DNA of 64,000 nucleotides from Euryarchaeota archaeon UBA62 (GCA_002502095.1 DAPJ01000028.1:37387-101386), one strand, 5' to 3'. Numbered from the stretch's first letter, positions 1-10,888 are shown. Notes: generated from the sequence alone by a model not told the origin. Numbers and translations are program-made.

Positions 1-1
1 A

Positions 2-3000
2 GTAAGATCTACCGGGAGGTTATCAGGTACTTGGTCATTGGAAATAGACGGTTCACAACTTCCTTCGGGCTGGACCTGGGATGATGTTACGCCCGGAGGG
101 AGTAGTGGGATTCAGATAGCAACAGGTGATTCTTGGTCACCAGTAATCGAGATAGTCGCCCCCTCCTCGGCCCTAGGCTCGGATTCAGGATTCCTTGGCT
201 TGACGATGTCCCTAGATAGTGACTCCAACGTTAGTGTTTCATCTATACTTCCTATTGAGGCGAATAGGACTAGGGGATTATCAATTAGGGGCCCTGAGGG
301 CGCATCATACAGCTCTGGATATGGATTAATCGGAGATTCTGCTAGAGCATGGATAGTTGTGGAAAATATTGGGAATGCTGTGGAAAATCAAATCTCATTG
401 GATTGGGGGAATACGCTGTGGGGGAGTGATTTACGATTAATTGACAGTGATGGGGATGAGAGGTTTGCATTGGTTCTTGACCCGGGGGAGAGACTAGTTT
501 TGGAAGCCAACCTTGATGTTCCAGTTGTCGATGAAAATCAACAGACGGTATTAATTGGTGATCAAGTAGAGACGTCTTTGACGCTATGTGTGGATGGAGA
601 TGAGGGCTGTCAAACTGTAGATTTGACTTTCATTGCTTCAGGGGTAGTCAGTAGGAGTCATATCAGAAGTGTCCCTTCAACTGGCCTAGAATGGATAATA
701 CAAGCTGACCGTCCTACAGGTGAAGATTTACTATCATGGTCATTGTCATCTGCTGGAATGGCAAAAACTGGTTGGTCATGGACGGCATCGGGTGATTTAC
801 AGATAAATGGAGACAACCTTTCCATGGATGTTTCTAGCGGAACTGGAATGGGTTTTCTGTCTCTAAGTCTTCCGAGTAATGCGGCCCCTGCATATCACTA
901 CTTCGAAGATTCTAGTGAAGAGTCAACATCTCATTCTCTTAGATTATCAATAGAGATACTCCAAATATTCCGATCATCGATGATGATCTCATCGCCTAGT
1001 GAACAGCCGTTCCTTGTAGAGGTTGAAGATGAGTCCCTGGTAGTATTGAGGTTAGAAAATCCCGGAAATGGAGATGATTCATTCAATCTAGGCTATTCGT
1101 TAATACTAGATGAAAATATCACAGAAGATCCCGGAGTTGATGTCTCCTTTTCTAGAGATATGGTTTCTCTTTCAGCGGGTAGCCTCACGACTGTTCCTGT
1201 AAGTGTAACGCTCCCTGAGAATACCCCTGCCAGAGTCCCAATGAAGATTTCATTCTCAATGCAGTCGGAAGGAGATTCTACTATCCTATCCACGGTCGAA
1301 ATAGTATTTGAGGCTAGGCAGGACCATCAGTGGAATGTCTATCCATTCCTTTCTAGTGAGTCGGGGAATATAGATGCTGATGGGGAAACATTCCAAGCCA
1401 ATCCTGGAGAGTCTGTTTCATTGGACGTAATGGTGACAAATGTTGGAAATCTGGTGGATGAATTAACACTACTAACATCCGTGATTACCTCGCTTCAGAG
1501 TGGGGATTCATCAACGGAATGGATTTCTAGCGGGAGTGCTATTTCTAACTTAGGAGTGAATGAAACCGGGATGATGTCAGTCGATACTATCATTCCTCTT
1601 GACGCATGGAGTGGGTCCTCGGCAGAAGTAACTGTTACCGCTATAGCGCAAGGTCAAGAGATCACATCATTCTCTTTCTCGGTAGTCTCAGGACATGTTC
1701 CGTCTTGGAATGCAGTAATTGATCAAGCAAACTTGGAAGTTGCGACCCATGGATCAGAAATCACACTATCCGTATTACAGATGGGTAATTCTCCGAGTCG
1801 TCCTTACATCTCCATGTTTGTTTCGGGAGAGCAGGGATGGGAAATTGGTAATGTTTCGGACATGCCGATAATAAACCCAGGAGAAAGTGCTCCTCTATCG
1901 CTAAATGTAACTCCCCCTGAAAATGCCGTATACGGAAGGGCAGTTGAGTTGACTATAAGAATCAAAGAAGGAGATTCAAGCGGACTTTCAGAGATTGTGT
2001 TCCCACTGAGAGTTGCGGTAACACATGATTTCTCTTTGTCCGGACAAGGAGACTGGATTGTTAGCCGGGATGGGGGGTACCCTCTAGCATTTATCGAAAA
2101 TCAGGGGAATGCACCAAGCACCATTTCAATTCAGATACTCAGCCTGCCACTTGGTTGGGAGATCTCTGGTAATCAAAATGTGATATTGGGGGTTGGGGAG
2201 ATCTCTGGCGTTCCGATTGAGCTACTGCCAGATGAGAGCTGGGATGGAAATGTCAAGACAATTAGAATACTAGCTGAGGACTCTGAAGGCAATCAAAGAG
2301 AAATATCGATGGACACTAGGAAAGAGAGTCATTCATGGTCCTCTAGTCCGGTAATCATCTCAACTTCGGGCGATAGCTATATCTTGGAAATTCATGGGAC
2401 CAGTTCAGATAGTACAGTGATTGATTCCGCTGGTGGACCGCTCCCGTGGAGCGATGCGGGAGGATGGCTATGGGGCTCCTACACGGGAGGAAATGGAAGT
2501 CTGAATGTTAATCCATCTACAATACTCGAGTATAGATCTTGGGTTTCAGAACCGTCTACTAGACAGGGTAGTTGCTCCATAGGTGGAGATGTAGATGCCG
2601 TTGAAGCTAGTTGTACAATAATGAATGGGAGTGAAAAATTTGGTTACACCGTTATCCTATCAGATGACCGAGGCAATATGCTAGATTCAATTTCAGGATT
2701 GCTGGGACAGGGAGAATCCTCGGGGATGATCAATCTAAGTGCGGATGGATGGAGCCCAATGCCTGGAAGGAGTGAGCTGACAATTAGGGCCATTGATTCC
2801 AGAGGAGTCGAATTTTCATCTGATAGTAATACATTTGAAGTTAGAAGGACTGATTGGAATGTCGGATTGGTAGGATTGGAGATTATCGGTACTGGTCAAG
2901 AACAAGAGGTATCCATACTCACAAAGAGAGATAATCATCAGATTTTAGATGGTTCAGTTTGTACAATTACCATCCAAGCCGGAAACGCCTTCTCTGCAGA

Positions 3001-3514
3001 ATACATAGTCGATATGTCAGAATCCAGTGCCTTAGCTCCTAGGCCTGTCATCGATAGACCTGATGTCGCAGATGGAGTAGAGTTAGTAGCTACGATAAGT
3101 TGCGAATTCCCTTGGGACATTGATTCTGACCCTTCAGACGATGAAGCCAGAATTATTCTGTCGGGCTCAGGAGAGTCTGAAGGAGGCTTCAGTGACTCAA
3201 GTACTGCGATTGCATCGGCCAGCTTAGTAATTGGAATTTCTATTGCTTTCGCATGGATGGCTAAAAACTTCCGAGAGAGTAGGGAAATGATGGAGAGAAC
3301 TAGGATTGCAGTAGAGAAAAAGGCACTGGAGAAGAAGGCTAATATGGCTAAGAAGGAGGAGGCTCCGAATCAGAGATTAGTACAAGAAGAGAGTGTGGTC
3401 GACAATCTGCAAAATGTCCCAGAAGTTCCAACTGAAGGAGTATCAAATGATGTAGAAGATAGCCCAATGGATAGCTTTGAAGAGCGTCTTAATCGCCTAA
3501 GGTCTGACAAGTAG
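2..3514 (+). CDS. Large acidic membrane-anchored surface protein with repeated Ig-like (COG1470/NEW3-CARDB-like) modules; 5'-truncated by the window edge
   Basis: The frame is open from base 2 with no stop before the TTG at 38. Repeated 'ENxGN...' beta-sandwich motifs, a C-terminal TM (AIASASLVIGISIAFAWM) and a charged tail. Confidence 0.75.
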   Translation, partial: VRSTGRLSGTWSLEIDGSQLPSGWTWDDVTPGGSSGIQIATGDSWSPVIEIVAPSSALGSDSGFLGLTMSLDSDSNVSVSSILPIEANRTRGLSIRGPEGASYSSGYGLIGDSARAWIVVENIGNAVENQISLDWGNTLWGSDLRLIDSDGDERFALVLDPGERLVLEANLDVPVVDENQQTVLIGDQVETSLTLCVDGDEGCQTVDLTFIASGVVSRSHIRSVPSTGLEWIIQADRPTGEDLLSWSLSSAGMAKTGWSWTASGDLQINGDNLSMDVSSGTGMGFLSLSLPSNAAPAYHYFEDSSEESTSHSLRLSIEILQIFRSSMMISSPSEQPFLVEVEDESLVVLRLENPGNGDDSFNLGYSLILDENITEDPGVDVSFSRDMVSLSAGSLTTVPVSVTLPENTPARVPMKISFSMQSEGDSTILSTVEIVFEARQDHQWNVYPFLSSESGNIDADGETFQANPGESVSLDVMVTNVGNLVDELTLLTSVITSLQSGDSSTEWISSGSAISNLGVNETGMMSVDTIIPLDAWSGSSAEVTVTAIAQGQEITSFSFSVVSGHVPSWNAVIDQANLEVATHGSEITLSVLQMGNSPSRPYISMFVSGEQGWEIGNVSDMPIINPGESAPLSLNVTPPENAVYGRAVELTIRIKEGDSSGLSEIVFPLRVAVTHDFSLSGQGDWIVSRDGGYPLAFIENQGNAPSTISIQILSLPLGWEISGNQNVILGVGEISGVPIELLPDESWDGNVKTIRILAEDSEGNQREISMDTRKESHSWSSSPVIISTSGDSYILEIHGTSSDSTVIDSAGGPLPWSDAGGWLWGSYTGGNGSLNVNPSTILEYRSWVSEPSTRQGSCSIGGDVDAVEASCTIMNGSEKFGYTVILSDDRGNMLDSISGLLGQGESSGMINLSADGWSPMPGRSELTIRAIDSRGVEFSSDSNTFEVRRTDWNVGLVGLEIIGTGQEQEVSILTKRDNHQILDGSVCTITIQAGNAFSAEYIVDMSESSALAPRPVIDRPDVADGVELVATISCEFPWDIDSDPSDDEARIILSGSGESEGGFSDSSTAIASASLVIGISIAFAWMAKNFRESREMMERTRIAVEKKALEKKANMAKKEEAPNQRLVQEESVVDNLQNVPEVPTEGVSNDVEDSPMDSFEERLNRLRSDK

Positions 3515-3524
3515 TGGTGAGTGT

Positions 3525-4151
3525 ATGCCCATGAATTCAAATCTACCAAACTTCCACACATTTGACCCCATAGTTAGGGATCCTCTGGACATTATCCCTG
3601 CAGTACTTTCTTCCATGGGGGGAGATCATCAAGAATTGAAGAGAGAGAGTCCATTTTCAATTGACATTCAGAATCTAAAAGAAGGCATTGAGCCAACTTT
3701 TGACCCTGCCACAATGCTATATCTCTCCATAGGAGAATTAGATTCAGAGGGAAGAAGGACTGAGCCTATTGACTCCAGTTCTGGCAAGGAAAGGCTGGGA
3801 CGATTTCCCTACGGAGACGGAAATATCGTAACATATCTCCTGGAAAATACCAAGCAGAAAGGAGATATGACAGTTCTACATGATCTTCTATCGAAACTTT
3901 CTGACGGATTATCTGAAGATAATCTTGGAGAGTTAGGATTCAGACATGGTTTTGGAGGATTAACACTACTTGGATGGTTGAATATAGAGGAGGTATCAGA
4001 ATTGAGTAGCGCTATTCGGTCTGGACGTTGGAAAGTCCTTTCCGAAGAGCCCCTAGATGGTGGCGTTGATTATGCTTTCAGACTTTTACTTGCAATGCTA
4101 AGGACTGCGCAAAGAAGAAGATGTGGAGTTCTAATGAGAAGGCACTCTTAG
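3525..4151 (+). CDS. Hypothetical protein
   Basis: 208-aa ORF 10 nt after the previous stop, with an SD-like GGTGAG. No recognised motif. Confidence 0.65.
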   Translation: MPMNSNLPNFHTFDPIVRDPLDIIPAVLSSMGGDHQELKRESPFSIDIQNLKEGIEPTFDPATMLYLSIGELDSEGRRTEPIDSSSGKERLGRFPYGDGNIVTYLLENTKQKGDMTVLHDLLSKLSDGLSEDNLGELGFRHGFGGLTLLGWLNIEEVSELSSAIRSGRWKVLSEEPLDGGVDYAFRLLLAMLRTAQRRRCGVLMRRHS

Positions 4152-5063
4152 CTAGAATTTTTCACCAGTTAGACGTTCGAACATTCCTGCATAAAGATCA
4201 GCGGTTTGATCGATGATTTTACTCGGAAGAGCTGGGATGGGAGGTTCTTCTGAACCTGCCTCTCTGGCTTCATAGAGTTGCTCATAGTGGCCGGTTGAGA
4301 GATAATGCTCCCTGACAAACTCCTTAGATAGAGACACTATATTTCCATTTTCATAATCATCAGCCGCCCACCACCTATCTTCGTCTAGAGTCCCGAATGA
4401 GTCAACTAGAACAGGTACTCGACCGGGGCCAAGGGCGAATTCTTTCTTTCCGTCAACATGTATAAGTCCCCTCTTGGATGCTTCAGTATGTATAATTTCG
4501 TCTATCTTAACAACGATATCAAGAATACTATCGAACTCCTCATCGGTTAAGTTAGAAATCTCTAATGCTTCTTTACGATCTAGTAACCTGTCGAATTTCT
4601 CAAATTTAGTGGAGACTTCCAGATATGGAGACGGTAATTTAACACCTTCATGTAATACAGTTCCGGGCTCGAATCCAAATTCCTCTGGCCCTACTTCGCC
4701 CCTGTCATACCTTCTCCAACCTCCACCTGCGAGGTAGTGTCTACAAATGACCTCAAGAGGAACGAAAACATTCTCCATATCGCGGGGAATCGCTCCAGGC
4801 TCTCTGATTACTTCGAACCTTCGCGCCAGAACCCTATCTGGAGCATTCATTTCGATAATGTGAGTTTCACATATTTCGGCTTCTTCAACGAGTTTGAACC
4901 AATGGCATGAAGTCCTGTTTAGGCTCTCTCCCTTTCTAGGGACCAAGCTTGGTATGATCTGATCGAAGACACTGATCTGATCCGTATACCTAAATTCTAT
5001 GATATCTGGATCATCCGTACTCCATACTTCCTTTACTTTGCCCTTGTATAGCATGTCTACCAT
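4152..5063 (-). CDS. purC: Phosphoribosylaminoimidazole-succinocarboxamide (SAICAR) synthase
   Basis: Motifs LYKGKVKEV, DQISVFD, PLEVICRHY, VDGKKEF, DEDRWW, LSKEFVR. Start moved to the ATG at 5063 (MVDMLYKG). Confidence 0.93.
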   Translation of the reverse strand: MVDMLYKGKVKEVWSTDDPDIIEFRYTDQISVFDQIIPSLVPRKGESLNRTSCHWFKLVEEAEICETHIIEMNAPDRVLARRFEVIREPGAIPRDMENVFVPLEVICRHYLAGGGWRRYDRGEVGPEEFGFEPGTVLHEGVKLPSPYLEVSTKFEKFDRLLDRKEALEISNLTDEEFDSILDIVVKIDEIIHTEASKRGLIHVDGKKEFALGPGRVPVLVDSFGTLDEDRWWAADDYENGNIVSLSKEFVREHYLSTGHYEQLYEAREAGSEEPPIPALPSKIIDQTADLYAGMFERLTGEKF

Positions 5064-5169
5064 GGTGCAAGGAGGGGAAAGATGATGATGAACATTACTG
5101 AAAGACATTCAGATTTTCGAGTACCGCCGGGACTATATCCGAAGAACCTCGCCAAGCAATGGGGAGCGG

Positions 5170-7308
5170 ATGATTGAAACAATGAAATCTGAGGGTCGGA
5201 GAAGATATCCCTTTGCATTTCCAAGCTTTTTCTCGATCGTATTAATGTCATTACTAGTACTTTCCATCCCAGCTAATGCACAGGAGTACAGAAGTGGCTG
5301 GGACATTATTGACAGTGGCACCACAGAAGACCTCTATGCTGTAGAGTCACAAGGAAGTGAGATTTGGGCATTTGGAGAAAATGGGATAATGATAATGAGT
5401 TTAGATGGGGGACTGACTTGGGAAGTTAGCGAATCTCTAACATCATCTGATTTGACAATATCGAGCTCTGGCTATGGATCGTTCCTAACAGCTAGTAGTG
5501 ACGGTACAATTTTACTTAAGTCGGCCAATGATTCAGTATGGTCAGACATTACAAACGACTTCGGAAATGAGGGGATTCATGGTGCCTGCCTTACTGGTGT
5601 GTCTGAGTTGGTAATCGTTGGCGGAAATGGGACCATATGGACTTATGAGATGCAGGAGTGGACCAATCGTTCGGTTTCAGGATGGGATTTGTTAGACGTA
5701 TCTTTCTTGGATTCAGAAAGAGGAATTGCTGTCGGAGAACAGGGGACAATTCTATTCTCAGACGATGGCGGAGAATCCTGGGATTACAGAGATGCACCTT
5801 CAGAGGCTTCATCTTCAAGGATCACTGATATAGAGTTCTTCAGTGAAATTAGGGCATATGCTATTACAGACGAGGGAGGAGTCATCAAGTCTTCGAGAGA
5901 AATTAACACTGCAGTGGGATTTCTCTGGAATATGCAATATTTTGAGTCTGAGGGCAACTCAGATAATCTTGGAGAAAATCTAACATCGATAGAGATAGCA
6001 ACGACAAATAAATTTCTTCTTTCTGGCAAAGAGGGATACCTCTCTATGAGTAAAGACGGGGGCAATATAGTCACCAGACAGACCATACCCCTACATAATT
6101 CTACATCATTCAATGACATAACAATGATGGATAGTTTCAACGGTGTAGCAGTAGGCAGTAATGGATCCTTACTTCTGACGGAGAGATCTGGAGAGGACGA
6201 GCAGATTGGTTTTGAGGTTATGGACTTCTCAGAATTTGGAAACTTTGTAGACTACTCTAAGGGGATGTTGATTGATGGTTTGTTCGCTACAGTTAACATA
6301 GTAATGTTCGGAATTTTCCTCGGATTCTTCCTAGGTGTATCACTCTCAATGATGAAGACATCACCCACTACTTTGAAGGAAATTTCTCAGAAGAGAAGCC
6401 TAACAGTTGTAAGGGTCGCTGGAATCATCTTTACGGTTATTGGAGTATCCCTTCTGAGGCACCTAGTTCCCATAATTAGAAATCTAGGATTGGATGGTTG
6501 GGAATATATTTACGCCCCGATTGGAATCATTAACCCTGATGGAATAACAGGGGATCTACAATTCGAAAACTTCCTATTTCTGATACTAGGAATTAGTCTC
6601 TTACTTTTGGGAATACTCTTCGCTTCGGCGAATGGCGAGTATAAGAAATCCCATTTCAATATCATAGGCAGGGATATTATTTGGAATCCCTGGGGAGTCA
6701 GGCCTCTAAATTTCGTTGCAACTATTTATACAGATATTTTTAGAAATACTCCATTGATTGTACAGTTTTTATTCATACATTTCGGAGTCCAGATAGGTGC
6801 GTTAATCGGAGACCCTGGTGCAGAGATGTTAGAAGATTCAAGTAACTTTATTCTATCATTCTTGAGAGATGATATTCTTTCTAACAGGGCATGTGTTAGT
6901 GCTATTTTTGCGTTAGGACTGAACTCTGGAGCGTATCAATGTGAGACCATTAGAGGAGCTATCTCGGCTATACCTTCTGGACAGATGGAAGCGGGAAGAA
7001 GTATAGGTCTGAATTATATGCAGACAATGAGACTTGTAATAATGCCTCAAGCCATTAGGATATGCATTCCTCCGATGGGTAACGAGATGGTAAATCTAGT
7101 ACTAAACTCGTCACTTGCCATGGTTATAGGCTATTCCGAGCTTACTCGAAAGGCCAAGCTAATCAACGCTGTGACTTTCCAGGTATTCTGGTCTTATGGA
7201 ATGGTCTTAGTTTCCTACTTTATCGTTACATGGACACTAGCATTATTCCTAAGATACTTGGAGAATAAAACTAGGATTCCTGGACTTGGAATATCCGGAG
7301 GAAGCTGA
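5170..7308 (+). CDS. Fusion of signal peptide, BNR/YCF48-like beta-propeller and polar amino acid ABC transporter permease (HisM/GlnP family)
   Basis: N-terminal signal peptide (..SIPANA/QEY) and Asp-box repeats SLDGGLTW, SDDGGESW, SKDGGNIV. C-terminal IFRNTPLIVQ and EAA loop (ETIRGAISAIPSGQMEAGRSIG). Confidence 0.88.
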   Translation: MIETMKSEGRRRYPFAFPSFFSIVLMSLLVLSIPANAQEYRSGWDIIDSGTTEDLYAVESQGSEIWAFGENGIMIMSLDGGLTWEVSESLTSSDLTISSSGYGSFLTASSDGTILLKSANDSVWSDITNDFGNEGIHGACLTGVSELVIVGGNGTIWTYEMQEWTNRSVSGWDLLDVSFLDSERGIAVGEQGTILFSDDGGESWDYRDAPSEASSSRITDIEFFSEIRAYAITDEGGVIKSSREINTAVGFLWNMQYFESEGNSDNLGENLTSIEIATTNKFLLSGKEGYLSMSKDGGNIVTRQTIPLHNSTSFNDITMMDSFNGVAVGSNGSLLLTERSGEDEQIGFEVMDFSEFGNFVDYSKGMLIDGLFATVNIVMFGIFLGFFLGVSLSMMKTSPTTLKEISQKRSLTVVRVAGIIFTVIGVSLLRHLVPIIRNLGLDGWEYIYAPIGIINPDGITGDLQFENFLFLILGISLLLLGILFASANGEYKKSHFNIIGRDIIWNPWGVRPLNFVATIYTDIFRNTPLIVQFLFIHFGVQIGALIGDPGAEMLEDSSNFILSFLRDDILSNRACVSAIFALGLNSGAYQCETIRGAISAIPSGQMEAGRSIGLNYMQTMRLVIMPQAIRICIPPMGNEMVNLVLNSSLAMVIGYSELTRKAKLINAVTFQVFWSYGMVLVSYFIVTWTLALFLRYLENKTRIPGLGISGGS

Positions 7309-8049
7309 ATGAGCAATGTACTAACAATTGTAGATATGCACAAGACATATGCTGGTGGAGTTCATGCAGTACGAGGGGTTTCATTTGATGTTAATCAGGG
7401 CGAATCAGTAGCCATAATTGGTTCGTCGGGAAGTGGCAAGTCTACGGTATTAAGATGTATTAACAGGCTAATTGAGCCGACTGAGGGAGAAGTAAGACTT
7501 CGTGGGAACCTGATTAATACTCCCTCAGCAGATATTAATGATGTAAGATCTAGAATTGGGATGGTCTTCCAGTCATTCGAGCTATTTTCTCACCTTAGAG
7601 TCATTGATAATATCACTCTTGGACTAAGGCATGTTAAGAAAATGAGCAAAAGAGAAGCTGAGGCTGAGGCTCTTGAGGTTCTGGAAAAGGTAGACATGCT
7701 AGACAGAAAGGATGCTTTTCCGGGAAATCTATCTGGAGGGCAGAAGCAACGTGTCGCTATTGCTAGAGCGCTTGCAATGAAGCCTGAAGTAATGTTATTT
7801 GATGAGCCCACGAGTGCTTTGGATCCAGAATTGATTGGCTCGGTTCTGAAAACTATCAGAGGACTGGCCGATGAAGGCATGACAATGATAGTCGTAACAC
7901 ACGAGATAGGCTTCGCTAGAGACGTGGCAGACAGAGTGATCTACATGGACAAGGGGCTAATAGCGGAATCTGGGAAGTCATCAATCATAGATAATCCAAA
8001 AACCGAACGTCTGAAGAGGTTCTTGTCTTCCATCACAGAGGAAGACTAG
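7309..8049 (+). CDS. glnQ: Polar amino acid ABC transporter ATP-binding protein (GlnQ family)
   Basis: Walker [10 protein letters not shown], signature LSGGQKQR, Walker [15 protein letters not shown]-loop VTHE. Abuts the permease stop. Confidence 0.93.
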   Translation: MSNVLTIVDMHKTYAGGVHAVRGVSFDVNQGESVAIIGSSGSGKSTVLRCINRLIEPTEGEVRLRGNLINTPSADINDVRSRIGMVFQSFELFSHLRVIDNITLGLRHVKKMSKREAEAEALEVLEKVDMLDRKDAFPGNLSGGQKQRVAIARALAMKPEVMLFDEPTSALDPELIGSVLKTIRGLADEGMTMIVVTHEIGFARDVADRVIYMDKGLIAESGKSSIIDNPKTERLKRFLSSITEED

Positions 8050-9410
8050 ATCATTCCCTGTGAGGTCATAGCTTCTGCGACCTTTAGGAATCCAGCAATA
8101 TTCGCTCCAGCAACATAGTTACCAGGCATTCCGAATCTTTCAGCAGTTTCATATGCATTCTTGTGGATATCGACCATTATGGCATCTAGCCTAGAGTCGA
8201 CCTCTTCACGAGTCCATGATAATCTGAGACTGTTCTGACTCATTTCAAGTCCAGAAGTGGCGACTCCCCCCGCGTTAGATGCCTTTCCTGGGGCAAAAAG
8301 AATTCCATTCTTGAGGAATACTTCGACAGCTTCTGGAGTGCAAGGCATATTCGCCCCTTCTGCAACAGCGATTACCTTGTTTGCGACCAGCATTTCCGCT
8401 TCAGAGCCGTTCAGCTCATTTTGAGTGGCACAAGGAAGAGCAACGTCAACATTCACCCCCCATAGGCCATTAGGAGTTGGCTCGGGCTCAGAAGGGTTAA
8501 ACTGGACGCCATCGAAATTATCTGCATACTCAGAAATTCTTCCTCTTCGGTTATTCTTTAGATCCATAATCCAATCTAACTTCTCTCGATCGATTCCTGA
8601 AGGATCATGAATCCATCCGCTGGAGTCAGACATTGTAACCGGCTTACCTCCAAGATCGAGAACCTTCTCACAAGCAAACTGCGCTACATTTCCAGAGCCT
8701 GAAATTGACACTGTTGCTCCTTCGAAAGATCTTCCAGTCGTCGCCAGCATCTCACGTGCGAAGTAAACTAATCCATATCCAGTAGCTTCTGGCCTAATTA
8801 GGGAGCCTCCGTAAGATCTTCCCTTTCCGGTTAAAACGCCCGTGAACTCGTTGGCTAGTTTCTTGTACATTCCAAACATGTAACCTATCTCTCGTCCTCC
8901 GACACCAATATCTCCAGCTGGCACATCTAAATCAGCACCGATATGCCTCCATAATTCCATCATAAAGGATTGACAGAATCTCATTACTTCAGAGTCCGAC
9001 TTACCCTTTGGATTGAAATCAGAGCCTCCCTTTCCTCCTCCCATAGGCAATCCAGTAAGGCTATTTTTGAAGACCTGCTCAAAGGCTAAGAATTTCAATA
9101 TGGACTGATTTACACTTGGGTGAAACCTAAGGCCACCTTTGTAAGGTCCGATTGAGCTACTCATTTGAATTCTGTACCCCCTGTTTACATTGAGGTTTCC
9201 ATTATCATCATACCAAGGGACTCTGAACTGAATAATTCTTTCAGCCTCGACCATCGCCTCTATCACTGGCATATATTCGGGATATTCCTCAATTACTGGA
9301 GAAAGGCTCTCGAGAACCTCTTCTACTGCCTGATGAAACTCAGGTTGGTTCGGGTCTCTTGCAATTACGCTGTCGTATACTGATTTAATTCTGCTATCCA
9401 TAGCACTCAC
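8046..9410 (-). CDS. gdhA: NADP-specific glutamate dehydrogenase
   Basis: [56 protein letters not shown]. Confidence 0.95.
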   Translation of the reverse strand: MSAMDSRIKSVYDSVIARDPNQPEFHQAVEEVLESLSPVIEEYPEYMPVIEAMVEAERIIQFRVPWYDDNGNLNVNRGYRIQMSSSIGPYKGGLRFHPSVNQSILKFLAFEQVFKNSLTGLPMGGGKGGSDFNPKGKSDSEVMRFCQSFMMELWRHIGADLDVPAGDIGVGGREIGYMFGMYKKLANEFTGVLTGKGRSYGGSLIRPEATGYGLVYFAREMLATTGRSFEGATVSISGSGNVAQFACEKVLDLGGKPVTMSDSSGWIHDPSGIDREKLDWIMDLKNNRRGRISEYADNFDGVQFNPSEPEPTPNGLWGVNVDVALPCATQNELNGSEAEMLVANKVIAVAEGANMPCTPEAVEVFLKNGILFAPGKASNAGGVATSGLEMSQNSLRLSWTREEVDSRLDAIMVDIHKNAYETAERFGMPGNYVAGANIAGFLKVAEAMTSQGMI

Positions 9411-9507
9411 CGGCGGTTGAAGATTCCTTTTTTAGGTACCAGCCGCCTTTGCGAGCGGTCTTACCCTTTTGAATCATATCCCAGCAGGGCATGCATGAAT
9501 GTATCAA

Positions 9508-10824
9508 TTAAGAGAATAGGATGTTCTCGGATACTTGTGAAACCTTGCCTTCATATCCAGGCAGGGTCATGACATAGAATACGGCCTGACTAACCTGTCT
9601 ATTTCTGAGTGCCTCAGCGATTGGAGTGTGTTCCCTCAACCATCTAGTTCTCCCATCATCTCCAATAATTCTAATATCCACCTGAGACATCCTTGGCTCA
9701 GCGAGTAAGAGCTTGATATTTGGTACGTCTATGGCAACGTAACCAGGTTCCAGTCCAGATCTACTAGCTATCTCGTCTTCAAATTCTCTCCTCTTATTGG
9801 AATTAGAAGCAAGTTCTGCCAGTAAATTGATGTCTTCCTCACTTAGGTCTTGCCTTCTTCTGGATAAACATACTTTCAGCAGTTGTCTATACTTGAGTCT
9901 CCTGATCATATCTCTAGCGAAGTCACCCGCCTCATGCATTACTTGCCAAATCTCTGCATCCACTCTCCTCTGTAAATCAAAAGAGTCGGGAATATTTTCT
10001 TCACTTCGCTCTACTGCCCTCGACAGCATTACCTCTGTAACTCTGGTGACCCGATGGAAATATACTGCACTGTACATCAAACCTCTGGCTACAAGCATTC
10101 CTTCTAGCGCTGGGAGGCCTCCTTCTTCCACTGAGATATCGCCTCCATGTCTTTCTAGGCACATTATTAGCCTTCTATGATCTATTACACCATGCTTTAC
10201 GCCAGTAAAGTGTGAGTCCCTAAGTAGGTAGTCAATTTGATCGCAGTCTACAGGGCCATGAATCAGGTGAGCCATGGTCTTGTCGTTTTGAACAAAATTT
10301 GTTCTCCCTTCGGACCAAGAGAGGAGATTTCTCTCTGATCCCCTGGCATCTGGACCTCTGATTAGGCCAGCGACCTCCTTAGGATCTATGCCATGATTCT
10401 CAAGAATCTCAGGAACGCTAATTCTATTCTGAATTGAAGATTCTTCGCCATCCCTCAATACATCATAATCGCCAACAATTATTCCCTCTGTAATTGACAT
10501 ATGGTCTAAACCTCCCCTCTCATGTAAGATATGCTCCAAAGTATGAGAATATGGTCCATGACCTACATCATGCAGTAGCGCAGCTACGCTAACAGTATCA
10601 GTCTCATAACTATCGAGTCCGATAGACTCTGCCATCATACCAGAAACATGTGATACACCGAGGGAGTGCTCAAAACGGGTATGGTGCGCTCCTGGGAATA
10701 CTAAATGTGCTAGTCCTAGTTGTTTGATGTGGCTTAACTTATTCATCTCAGGGGTTTTGAGAAGCTCCTCTCTGACTCCGTCAATCCTGAACTGTCCATG
10801 GATTGCGTCATTGATTGTTTTCAT
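9508..10824 (-). CDS. HD-domain phosphohydrolase (SAMHD1-like dNTP triphosphohydrolase family)
   Basis: IKQLG..VFPGAHHTRFEHSLG, LLHDVGHGPYSH, DCDQIDYLLRD, MYSAVYFH. Start set at MKTINDAIHG. Confidence 0.88.
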   Translation of the reverse strand: MKTINDAIHGQFRIDGVREELLKTPEMNKLSHIKQLGLAHLVFPGAHHTRFEHSLGVSHVSGMMAESIGLDSYETDTVSVAALLHDVGHGPYSHTLEHILHERGGLDHMSITEGIIVGDYDVLRDGEESSIQNRISVPEILENHGIDPKEVAGLIRGPDARGSERNLLSWSEGRTNFVQNDKTMAHLIHGPVDCDQIDYLLRDSHFTGVKHGVIDHRRLIMCLERHGGDISVEEGGLPALEGMLVARGLMYSAVYFHRVTRVTEVMLSRAVERSEENIPDSFDLQRRVDAEIWQVMHEAGDFARDMIRRLKYRQLLKVCLSRRRQDLSEEDINLLAELASNSNKRREFEDEIASRSGLEPGYVAIDVPNIKLLLAEPRMSQVDIRIIGDDGRTRWLREHTPIAEALRNRQVSQAVFYVMTLPGYEGKVSQVSENILFS

Positions 10825-10888
10825 TGCAAGCCCGGTGTATGCGAGAGTGTGCTCCCCATTAATGGAACTGATGTGGTATGTTACAAAT

